A stretch of 50,311 bases of DNA from Thermoplasmatota archaeon (lineage in GTDB: Archaea > Thermoplasmatota > Penumbrarchaeia > Penumbrarchaeales > Penumbrarchaeaceae). The DNA lies in the NCBI GenBank assembly GCA_029762535.1, contig JARVGK010000017.1, positions 1 through 50,311 of the forward strand. Reading direction: 5' to 3'. The translations under genes were made by a program, and so were the position numbers. Below are positions 1-7,646 of this stretch, one piece after another. Every line of letters starts with the position of its first letter. Within the stretch, counting starts at the first letter, position 1. The notes beneath the pieces were generated by a model. It worked only from the letters and a program-made list of their open reading frames with translations, ran no database searches and had not been told where the DNA came from.

Positions 1-771
1 CAGAATATAGAGGGACATACCGGAGATTCCTTTGTTCTCATCCGGTATGATCCCCCCGGGAACATGAGGGGATCCACCCTTAAAGGCTATCAACTGTTCC
101 GGGGCACGACACCTTCAAATGCTCGCCTTCTCATCAAGCTCGGGCCGGAAGTAAATGAATACAACGACACCTCCGTTATTAACAGGAACACGTATCATTA
201 CCATGTCATAGCCGTGTGCGATGTGTGGGGCGTTGAGAAGCTTTCGGAGCGTTCGGATATGGTCTCCTTCTCCCCGAAGGATCCCCCCGTTGTGAAGGTA
301 AGAGAGCCCCCCTCGCCTCCTGTCAATATCAGGCATTCGTTGTTGAAGGACAATGCGATCCTCTCCTGGGATCCGCCTGTCCACGACGGCAATTCCTCCG
401 TGTTCCGGTATAATGTCTATCGCAGCGAGGATGGAGGGGATATGAACTATATCGGCAATACCTCGGTCCAGACCTTTACCGATATGGACCTCGCTCGTGG
501 GATCACATACCGCTACAGCATAACCGCCCTCAATATCATAGGCGAGTCGGACATGTCCGATACGGTCGAGATCCTCCTCGAGGAGGATGCTCCCTCCCAG
601 CCGGGGGCTTTTCCCATCTGGGCAATTATCCTTCCCGTTATCATCCTAATGGTAGTTGTCGCTGCCGTCGGGATCCTGTTGTGGAAGAGGCGATCCCCTC
701 CCCTGGAGGAGGGATCCCTGTCTCTCCCGCCCCCTACCCCTATATCTCCCAATGGTCAGATCCCCCCGTAG
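1..771 (+). CDS. Fibronectin type III repeat cell-surface protein, 5'-partial (C-terminal part)
   Basis: Frame 1 is open from base 1 (QNIEGHTGDSFVLIRYDPPGN...). Two FN3-like units (PSPPVNI...LSWDPP..DG.S....YNVYRS...FTD..L..G.TY.YSITA.N..GES), then a TM helix (FPIWAIILPVIILMVVVAAVGILLW), KRR and a Pro-rich tail. Confidence 0.85.
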   Translation, partial: QNIEGHTGDSFVLIRYDPPGNMRGSTLKGYQLFRGTTPSNARLLIKLGPEVNEYNDTSVINRNTYHYHVIAVCDVWGVEKLSERSDMVSFSPKDPPVVKVREPPSPPVNIRHSLLKDNAILSWDPPVHDGNSSVFRYNVYRSEDGGDMNYIGNTSVQTFTDMDLARGITYRYSITALNIIGESDMSDTVEILLEEDAPSQPGAFPIWAIILPVIILMVVVAAVGILLWKRRSPPLEEGSLSLPPPTPISPNGQIPP

Positions 772-778
772 GGGGATC
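759..778 (+). terminator. Short GC-rich hairpin over the stop codon, between convergent genes
   Basis: GATCCCCC-CGTA-GGGGGATC, a perfect 8-bp stem; no U-tract, so terminator function is uncertain. Confidence 0.3.
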
Positions 779-878
779 CCATGTATTCTTCAAGACGAGG
801 GATGAGGCATGCTTACCAACCGACAATTAACCGAACGATATGGTGTTAGGAAATGCTGCAATTCTTCGATCCCGGACC

Positions 879-1283
879 TCAAACGACCTTCTTTCCCTTT
901 TCCTCATCGATGTCCTGGAACACGTTGTGGATCACCCCGCAGGGGCATTGGACCCTCTCGTGATATCCTACATGGGAGGCGTCTATCGTCCTTGTGCAGG
1001 ATCCGCAGGTGAAGGACGTCCTTCCGGCAAGGAACACGTTCTTTCTATCCTTCTTCAGCTGCGCCGTTCGAAGTCTCCAGATGCCCAGAAGAACGATCCC
1101 CGCTATCCATCCCACGATCCCCAATATACCGATCGCGGTCCATCCCGTGGGGATCAGAAGCCCGGAGGTGAGCTTCCTACCGTCCACGACAAGGAGTATC
1201 GTCATCTCTATCAGAAGGAATATCGATCCCAAACTGAATAGGATCGCAGCTGCGGCCTTAAGGCCCTTGCTCCCATTGGCCAT
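879..1283 (-). CDS. Small two-TM membrane protein with C-terminal zinc-ribbon-like motif
   Basis: Two hydrophobic helices followed by CGSC...CPCG. Confidence 0.7.
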   Translation of the reverse strand: MANGSKGLKAAAAILFSLGSIFLLIEMTILLVVDGRKLTSGLLIPTGWTAIGILGIVGWIAGIVLLGIWRLRTAQLKKDRKNVFLAGRTSFTCGSCTRTIDASHVGYHERVQCPCGVIHNVFQDIDEEKGKKVV

Positions 1284-1328
1284 ATCCTCATGATCCCATC
1301 TACGAATAAAAAGAAGAGCCCACCGTTA

Positions 1329-2216
1329 TCATGCCCTGACGACCCTGAATAGGTCCTTGAGAGGTGCGGAGTCGAGGACGACCCTGTAGCAGTCCGCGCC
1401 TCCCAGGTCCATGGAGTCGATCATGGCAGGAGCGACATGCCTCCCGAGGATCTTCCTGTCCCACCAATGCACCAGGGACAATCTCCCGTCCTCGATCTCA
1501 ATAGCGGTGATGCCCTTCTTCCCCGTGGAGCATCCGGAATTGTACATTCCACCGAACAACCCGCCGAAGGACGGCCTGTGGGTGTGGGCGACCAAAGAGA
1601 GCACCCCTCTCATTGCGCTGTGTGCCATGATCCTGCGCTCCTTGGTCCTGACGTCGTCCCTGTCCAGTTTCAAGGACGGGTTCTTGATCCTGACGGGGTT
1701 GGCCACCCTGTTGAGCATGAACTCCTGGAGGGGGTACATCCTCTCGACGAACCGTGAGGCCTGATGTCCGTGATAGAGGAATAGGGTGCCCTCGCTCGTT
1801 CGGAGCCTCAGGGCCTCGTAATGGTCGTACAACATGTTCCGGACGGAGATCCACAGGTGCCAAATGTCATGGTTGCCGAAGATCTTCTTGAGGGATGTCC
1901 CGTCCGTGAACAGATCGAAAACGGTGTATATGCCCTTCCACGCCTCCCTTATCCTCTCATAGGGGGCCCTTAAAAGGTCCTCTACGTCCCCGTTGAGGAT
2001 AAGGTCGAACCCGTTCTCGTGGTAATATCGCTCCAAGACGGATGACAGAAGACGTGACGTCCTCCTGAACCCATCGCTTGGGGAGCCGTCCCCCATGTGC
2101 AGGTCGGAGAGCACCAGCACCCTGTCGGAGAGGGCAAGCTCCACCACAGGTGCGTTTTGGAACATCCCTTCCAGTCTCTTGATCACGGGAGCATCGAACA
2201 TCTGGTTTGCCGCCAT
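1329..2216 (-). CDS. Calcineurin-like metallophosphoesterase (LpxH/YbbF-like motif spacing)
   Basis: SDLHMG, NGDVED, GNHD, HGH and AHTH motifs. Start uncertain (ATG at 2267, 2216 or 2201); a TATAAATA box near 2275-2282 on the minus strand favours the downstream starts. Confidence 0.85.
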   Translation of the reverse strand: MAANQMFDAPVIKRLEGMFQNAPVVELALSDRVLVLSDLHMGDGSPSDGFRRTSRLLSSVLERYYHENGFDLILNGDVEDLLRAPYERIREAWKGIYTVFDLFTDGTSLKKIFGNHDIWHLWISVRNMLYDHYEALRLRTSEGTLFLYHGHQASRFVERMYPLQEFMLNRVANPVRIKNPSLKLDRDDVRTKERRIMAHSAMRGVLSLVAHTHRPSFGGLFGGMYNSGCSTGKKGITAIEIEDGRLSLVHWWDRKILGRHVAPAMIDSMDLGGADCYRVVLDSAPLKDLFRVVRA

Positions 2217-2297
2217 TGATATCAAGGGAGGGGCATCCCATTCCCCTGATAGGGGCCGCCCACACATGGGTCGATATTTATAGATTGTCCCTTGGAT

Positions 2298-2717
2298 TCA
2301 TCCATAGGAATGTATGGATATTGATATGAAGGACATCGAGGCGGTCGCGAATATCGAAAGGACGCACAGGACCAGGGAAGCGATCTGCCAGATCAAACTC
2401 TTCCCCAGCAGGTTCAGCGTCGTTGCCATGGTCAACGTGAGGAACACCGCCAACGTCCCGATCTCTTTTGGGTCCCAGCTCCAGAAGGCGCCCCAGGCCA
2501 TCCTCGCCCATATCATTCCCGTGACGAGGCCCAAGAACGTCAGAGCCCAGGCGATGCACAGGGCGATCGAGAGGTCGGATCGAAGCTCCCTTCGCCTATC
2601 ATCCCCGCTTCGCAGGACATCGACCGCCTTCTTCAGGGCGAGGAAGGTCATCAGGTATCCCAATATGGCCAGGGGAGGGTGTATGAGGATCATGATCCCG
2701 CTTATATCGTGCGCCAT
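2298..2717 (-). CDS. Minimal cytochrome c assembly protein (WWD-domain heme-handling family, CcsA/CcmF/CcmC-like), 139 aa
   Basis: IHPPLAILGY, GMIWARMAWGAFWSWDPKE and C-terminal SIHSYG; about 4 TM helices; SD GAGGTGA upstream. Confidence 0.88.
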   Translation of the reverse strand: MAHDISGIMILIHPPLAILGYLMTFLALKKAVDVLRSGDDRRRELRSDLSIALCIAWALTFLGLVTGMIWARMAWGAFWSWDPKEIGTLAVFLTLTMATTLNLLGKSLIWQIASLVLCVLSIFATASMSFISISIHSYG

Positions 2718-2726
2718 ATCCTCACC

Positions 2727-3959
2727 TCAGGAAGCTCCTATAATGTCTCTGAACCAGTAAAAATGGGATCCGATCATGAGAGCGTGCAGGACCACGAGGC
2801 ATGTTGCCAGATACGAGCCCCAGGAGTGTATCCTTCTCCAGTTGGCGCCACCTATCGACCTGACAAGGGGCCCCTGGAAGATCCCGTTCAATGCTATCAC
2901 GAACATCAAGATCATCGCCAGGACCCCGAGCGAGCTCTGCCAGGAAACGATCCTGTCGAAGCCTCTGAAGGGGCCGTAGAAAAGGACGGCCAGATGGAAC
3001 AGGGCGAGAAGGAGGACCTCGTAGGACATGGCGCAGTGGAACTTGATCCTCTTCGATGCGCCCCCGAAGAGTTTGTCCGCCATTTTCCTTGAAAGACCCG
3101 TACCTCCCGTGAAATATCCAATTATCAAGAGCAGCATGGAAGCGATCCCGGTGTACTTTCCGATCTCGTGATAGAGGTCCGACCCGGCTTCGGAGGTTTT
3201 CTCGGGCAGTATCGAGACGGGGATCGACAGGGCGTACATGGATCCGTTCGAGTACCAGCTCACGGTGATGTTGCCGGAGACATCGCCTCTAAAAAGCAGC
3301 CGGACGGGGACCGATACGAACGCCCCCGTTATCAAGGTGTCATCGGGCTCTTCAAGACGGATGTATGCTCTCAGATGGGGGTCCAACTCGACCCTGACAT
3401 CGTACGCGTCATCCATAGCCTCCAAGGTGATCACACTGGTCCGGTCCGTGTCCTCGAGCAGCAGCGAGCCGGGAGAGACCCTCAATGCCATTTCGTCTAT
3501 TATGATCGCCCCGGTCAATTCATAAGCGTATTCCGAAGTGTCAATGCTCCCCGGTGTTGTATGAACGCCCCTGACCGTGTAGGAGATGTGGGCCCAAAAG
3601 CCGGCAATGCCAACGTCAAGACCCTGTACCCTGAACCTTACGGCCATCCGGTCGGACCCCATGGAACCGTCCGCTCGAAATTCGCTCCGCGGCTCGAGAG
3701 GATGTGAAATGATCAGGGTCGCGTTCGACCGGATGATGGAATAATCTCCCGTCGGGACGATCCATATGACGAGATCGAAGTCCTCCTTCGGAATTACCAC
3801 GCTGTCGTACGATGCCCTGATGAGAGGTTCGCTGAACACGAAACCGCCGGAGGGCCTCGGATCGCTCGCTGAGTGGCAGTCCTCGCATGTGGCCGCCGAA
3901 ACGTTTTGAAAGGCGAAGACCAACACAACAAATGAGAGGATGAGCGCGCCCCTTCTCAT
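2727..3959 (-). CDS. Exported CXXCH (c-type heme) protein fused to a ferric-reductase-like/cytochrome b transmembrane domain
   Basis: Signal peptide ending VSA-ATCEDCH (CXXCH at 3873-3887); beta-rich extracellular region; C-terminal 4-TM domain with two His pairs (IKFHCAMS...LFHLAV; RRIHSWGSY...VLHALMIG). Confidence 0.8.
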   Translation of the reverse strand: MRRGALILSFVVLVFAFQNVSAATCEDCHSASDPRPSGGFVFSEPLIRASYDSVVIPKEDFDLVIWIVPTGDYSIIRSNATLIISHPLEPRSEFRADGSMGSDRMAVRFRVQGLDVGIAGFWAHISYTVRGVHTTPGSIDTSEYAYELTGAIIIDEMALRVSPGSLLLEDTDRTSVITLEAMDDAYDVRVELDPHLRAYIRLEEPDDTLITGAFVSVPVRLLFRGDVSGNITVSWYSNGSMYALSIPVSILPEKTSEAGSDLYHEIGKYTGIASMLLLIIGYFTGGTGLSRKMADKLFGGASKRIKFHCAMSYEVLLLALFHLAVLFYGPFRGFDRIVSWQSSLGVLAMILMFVIALNGIFQGPLVRSIGGANWRRIHSWGSYLATCLVVLHALMIGSHFYWFRDIIGAS

Positions 3960-6130
3960 TCCATCACCTCCGCATCCCTCGATTCGGACCTCTTCGGGAC
4001 CAGGGCAGCGAAAGCGGCGGCGGCTTTTAGCATGATCAGCATCGAGAAGATGATGACGATGGAGTAACCAAGCCAGTTCTCGGATGGATCGCCCAATCCC
4101 CCGATACTATCCTCTTTCGGCGGGGGCCGGGGGATCTCCTCTTCAGGGGGAAGGTTCCCGGTTATCAGATAATCGAGTTCGAAGGACATAGACACCCCGT
4201 CCGGGTTCAGCACCACGGCGGTGACGCTATGACGCCCCAAAGTGCAAAAAGGCCTCTCCCCCGCCCAAAGGGTGATCTCCAGCTCCCTGTTCGTGAGGGG
4301 TATGCCGTCGATCCTCCATTCAGCCCTAAGCTCCCTGTCCAGGGGATCCCTGCACGGCAGCGTGATGACGAAGTTCTCACCGAGGCCATATTCCATCTCC
4401 GGGGGCCATTCGTCCGTGATCAGTATGGGCGCCGGCACATCGATGACGGTGAGCCGCCAGGAGGTCCTTGTCCATTCGACGCCGTCCATCATAAACACGG
4501 CCTCGATCATGTATTCTCCTGACGTGTCGTAACCTGTTTTGAAGGAGAAGTTATACTCTCCACTTTTCATTTCGACCCCGTTCACGAGCCATACGATGGA
4601 ATACTCTGCCCCCCCGAAGGATAACACATCAACGCCGAAAACGATGGTCTCCATCTCATCTATGACAGGATCGCCCACGGGCTCTCTCGAGAGTATCTCC
4701 AAGTAAGGGGATACTGTCTCTTTCACGATAACGGCCGCATATGCCGAGGCAGAAATATCATTTGCCACCGAATATATTTCCACGGTTATCAGGTGCTCGC
4801 CAACGGGAAGTGATGCGTTGAATGCGGCCTTATCGGAGAGGGATCCGCTGATGTTCGATGTCCAGAGATAGTTCGCATCGGAAATGTCCACGTTCGATAT
4901 CGCCTCGCAGGAGAAGGCGATCTCATCCTCCGCAGAGAATACCGAACCGTCCTCCGGCATGAGAATGGATGCCGACATCTGTGCCTCCTCGGATACGAGG
5001 GGCCCGTTGAGCGGGCCCAGAGAAACCTCGGAAACCCCGTCCGAGGCCCGGAATGAGAAGATATGTTCGCCCTCGTCGAGCTCTATGAGAATGAAGAAGC
5101 TCTCGCCGTTAACGAAGGACCCGTCCTTCAGGGACAAGTGGGCCTCGGTATCGAGCTCCATCGGCTCCGGGTGCATGACCCCGTCGACGTGGAACCTTAC
5201 CCCGCCCGAGGGCGGGTCGTCGTCGGGATCCTCGTAGATGACCGTGAACCTGAAGCTGTCGTTCGGTCTCCCACCCGGAGGCGACACCGTTCCATCCCTG
5301 AGGGCCGGTGGTCTGTTGGACACCAAAACCTCCGGCCCTGTGAGGGATCCCGATGCGGGAAGGCGGGCGGCCGCCTCGCCGTCGGAGGCCGCGAAGTGAA
5401 AGGTGTGTGACCCGGGCGAGAGAATTGCACCATCCAGGTAGTACTCCGCTCCCGATACGATGTCTCCGCCCTGGACCTTGGACATGGGTTTCACATCGGT
5501 GCCGTCGATGATCACATTGACGAAAAGGGGAACGGTCCCATCAGGGTCCCTGTAGGTCACGGAGTACCTGTAAGATGTAAGATCGTCCCCTTGGGATGGG
5601 TTCACCTCCCCGTTCGAGAGCTGAGGGGGAGAGTTCGAGGACAGGACGTCCACGGCGCGGGATAAGGTATCCGTAACGGCCGGGCTCCTGTGGTTAGGGT
5701 CCATGACCGCCTCGCCCCTTAAGGTGTCGGAACCTGTCGATATACCCTTCACGGTGAAGGTGTAGGTCTTGGTCCAGGTGTAAGGGGCCGATGTCCCGGA
5801 AGGCCTCTGGCCGGTATCGCTCTGCTGGGCCGGGACCTGGATTTTCGAATTGACGGAGACGAGCCTCGCCGTCATCGAGAAAGCGTAATAGGAGCTCGTC
5901 CCCGAGGATCTCGCGGTCACGGTCATGGTCACGTCCTCGGTATCCCCGTTGAGGATCGAGTCGGCCACTTTGAGATCGGTGATCTCCACCGAGAGGTAAT
6001 AGGAGCTGTGGCAGCTGGAACAGTTGGCGTTCGCCGTCCTTGAAGGGGGCACAACGCTGGATGCCAGTATGGATCCCGAAACAGCAAGGGTAAGGGCCGT
6101 TATCAGTATGAGGAGGAGCCTGTCGTTCAT
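3956..6130 (-). CDS. Membrane-anchored surface protein with N-terminal CXXCH and multiple Ig/PKD-like domains
   Basis: Signal peptide, NCSSCH (6008-6022), two repeats of NxPPxL..G.V.P..G.....V.Y.DPD...P...G.H.F.F.ASDG, a PKD-like unit (YLWTSNISGSL...LPVGEHLITV), Pro-rich linker and C-terminal TM. Stop overlaps the next start (ATGA). Start is ATG 6130 or GTG 6142. Confidence 0.8.
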   Translation of the reverse strand: MNDRLLLILITALTLAVSGSILASSVVPPSRTANANCSSCHSSYYLSVEITDLKVADSILNGDTEDVTMTVTARSSGTSSYYAFSMTARLVSVNSKIQVPAQQSDTGQRPSGTSAPYTWTKTYTFTVKGISTGSDTLRGEAVMDPNHRSPAVTDTLSRAVDVLSSNSPPQLSNGEVNPSQGDDLTSYRYSVTYRDPDGTVPLFVNVIIDGTDVKPMSKVQGGDIVSGAEYYLDGAILSPGSHTFHFAASDGEAAARLPASGSLTGPEVLVSNRPPALRDGTVSPPGGRPNDSFRFTVIYEDPDDDPPSGGVRFHVDGVMHPEPMELDTEAHLSLKDGSFVNGESFFILIELDEGEHIFSFRASDGVSEVSLGPLNGPLVSEEAQMSASILMPEDGSVFSAEDEIAFSCEAISNVDISDANYLWTSNISGSLSDKAAFNASLPVGEHLITVEIYSVANDISASAYAAVIVKETVSPYLEILSREPVGDPVIDEMETIVFGVDVLSFGGAEYSIVWLVNGVEMKSGEYNFSFKTGYDTSGEYMIEAVFMMDGVEWTRTSWRLTVIDVPAPILITDEWPPEMEYGLGENFVITLPCRDPLDRELRAEWRIDGIPLTNRELEITLWAGERPFCTLGRHSVTAVVLNPDGVSMSFELDYLITGNLPPEEEIPRPPPKEDSIGGLGDPSENWLGYSIVIIFSMLIMLKAAAAFAALVPKRSESRDAEVME

Positions 6131-6138
6131 GTGATTAC

Positions 6139-7419
6139 TCACGGGACAACGACCATCCCGCCTATAGCCTTTATCTCCTCCAGAGGGTATTCCCCAGGCC
6201 CTCCCTCGTACGAGATCCCGAAACGGACCCTTCCATCGTTCGAGGAGACGAACCTGACGGAATATCTCCTTCCCAATCCCTCCTCGATCCGGGATATCGT
6301 GATGCCCTCATCGAACTCGACGACGATCTCGATCCTCCCGGGGAGTATCCTCCCGAGGGCCTCCAAAAGATCCCCGATGCCCTCCCCCGTAAGGGCGCTC
6401 GTAGGAACCGTATGCTCGATCCTCACGTTCTCCGCACCGATATCCGGGATCGGTAGATCGGTAGGGGCGATCCCATCGGGGCATCTGTCGATCTTATTGA
6501 GGGCGATCACGACCTTCCCCTTCACGGGGCCGTCCCTCAGGATCTTGAGCGATTCGGTGAGCTTGTAAAAGATGTTCTCCCTCTCCTCCGAAGCGTCGAC
6601 GACGAGTACCACTGCGTCCGAGTCGAAGACCTCCTCGAGCGTGGACATGAAGCCCTCGATGAGGAACGGAGGGAGATCGGAGATGAACCCCACGGTGTCG
6701 GTTATCAGCCAATTCTCCCTCCCCTTCATCCTCCTAGTCGCCGTGGAGAGGGTGGTGAACACCGCAGGGGCCTCCTCCTGCATCTTCTCCGGGCGTTCAT
6801 CGTCGATGAGGGCGTTCATCAGCGTGGACTTTCCCGCATTGGTGTACCCTGCTAGCGAGACGAGGCGGACCCCTCTCCTCCTTCTTCTGGAACGGGCCTC
6901 GCCTCTTCTCCTTCCGATCTCTTTAAGATCCCGGTTGATGGTCGACATCCTTCTCCTTATCATATCGAGATAGTAGTCCACCTGGTACTCTCCCCCAGCC
7001 ATGAAGCCCGGCTTCTCGGAGAGTTTGCCCCGATGCACGTACTCCCTGACTATGGGCAGTTGATGCTGGAGGTCCGCAAGCTCCACCTGCAGTCTCGATT
7101 CCGGGCTGTTCGCCCGGAGACGGAAGATCTCGAGTATCATGCGGACACGATCCGTCACTGACATATTGGTGAGGGAGGATATGTTGTAGCTCTGGGAGGG
7201 GGTGATGTCCGACGGGATCAATATATGAGTGGCACCGTCGATGAACTCGATCTCCGTGACCTTGCCGCGTCCGAGATAGTGCCTGGTGTCGGGCCTGTCC
7301 CTGTTCTGGCGGATCTCCTGGACTATCTCGTAGCCCGCGGCCTCGGCCAGCTCTCGGGCCTCAGGTACCCTAGGATCATCGCAAGAGATCCATGCAAGGA
7401 CCGCCTTTCTGGTCTCCGT
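6139..7419 (-). CDS. hflX: GTPase HflX (ribosome-splitting factor)
   Basis: G1 AGYTNAGKSTL, G2 FTTLSTATR, G3 DTVGFI, G4 NKID, G5 SA; DRVRMILEIF and LQVELA N-domain motifs. The HflX N-terminus (ELAEAAGY...Q.R..PD...YLGRGK) continues in frame 66 codons upstream of the ORF-track start, to an ACG at 7419 behind SD GAGGTGA. Exact start uncertain. Confidence 0.95.
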   Translation of the reverse strand, partial: TETRKAVLAWISCDDPRVPEARELAEAAGYEIVQEIRQNRDRPDTRHYLGRGKVTEIEFIDGATHILIPSDITPSQSYNISSLTNMSVTDRVRMILEIFRLRANSPESRLQVELADLQHQLPIVREYVHRGKLSEKPGFMAGGEYQVDYYLDMIRRRMSTINRDLKEIGRRRGEARSRRRRRGVRLVSLAGYTNAGKSTLMNALIDDERPEKMQEEAPAVFTTLSTATRRMKGRENWLITDTVGFISDLPPFLIEGFMSTLEEVFDSDAVVLVVDASEERENIFYKLTESLKILRDGPVKGKVVIALNKIDRCPDGIAPTDLPIPDIGAENVRIEHTVPTSALTGEGIGDLLEALGRILPGRIEIVVEFDEGITISRIEEGLGRRYSVRFVSSNDGRVRFGISYEGGPGEYPLEEIKAIGGMVVVP

Positions 7420-7425
7420 GTTTTC

Positions 7426-7494
7426 TCACCTCAAAGCCCGATGAGCAGTTGTATAATCAACATTGCGGCCGTTACCCTTTTTTCTTCGGGTCAT
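7426..7494 (-). other. Candidate 22-codon leader ORF in frame with hflX (MTRRKKGNGRNVDYTTAHRALR-UGA)
   Basis: ATG at 7494 with GAGGA just upstream; open to TGA at 7428-7426, which is part of the GAGGTGA SD; same frame as hflX. Could be coincidental. Confidence 0.3.
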
Positions 7495-7562
7495 AGTTCC
7501 TCAGGTATGGGCCGGAAATAAAATCAGTATGTCCATCAAATTCAAAGCCGTTCGCATAGGAG

Positions 7563-7606
7563 TGTAGAGGCCCGGCCCGATGAAAAGTATATCCCGGGCC
7601 CCTACA
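7563..7606 (-). other. 13-bp stem-loop between the RHH gene and hflX
   Basis: Minus strand UGUAGGGGCCCGG-(18 nt)-CCGGGCCUCUACA; fully paired with one G-U on the minus strand (A-C mismatch on plus). Confidence 0.6.
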
Positions 7607-7646
7607 GAGTGCATCCCCGATATCCCATCATTGCTTGATCCCTGAT

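Noticed and set aside
7426-7606. Selenocysteine recoding of the hflX-proximal UGA with the hairpin as SECIS
   Set aside because: The sense-strand hairpin lacks the archaeal GAA/A internal-loop motif, and this position is not a conserved Cys site in HflX.
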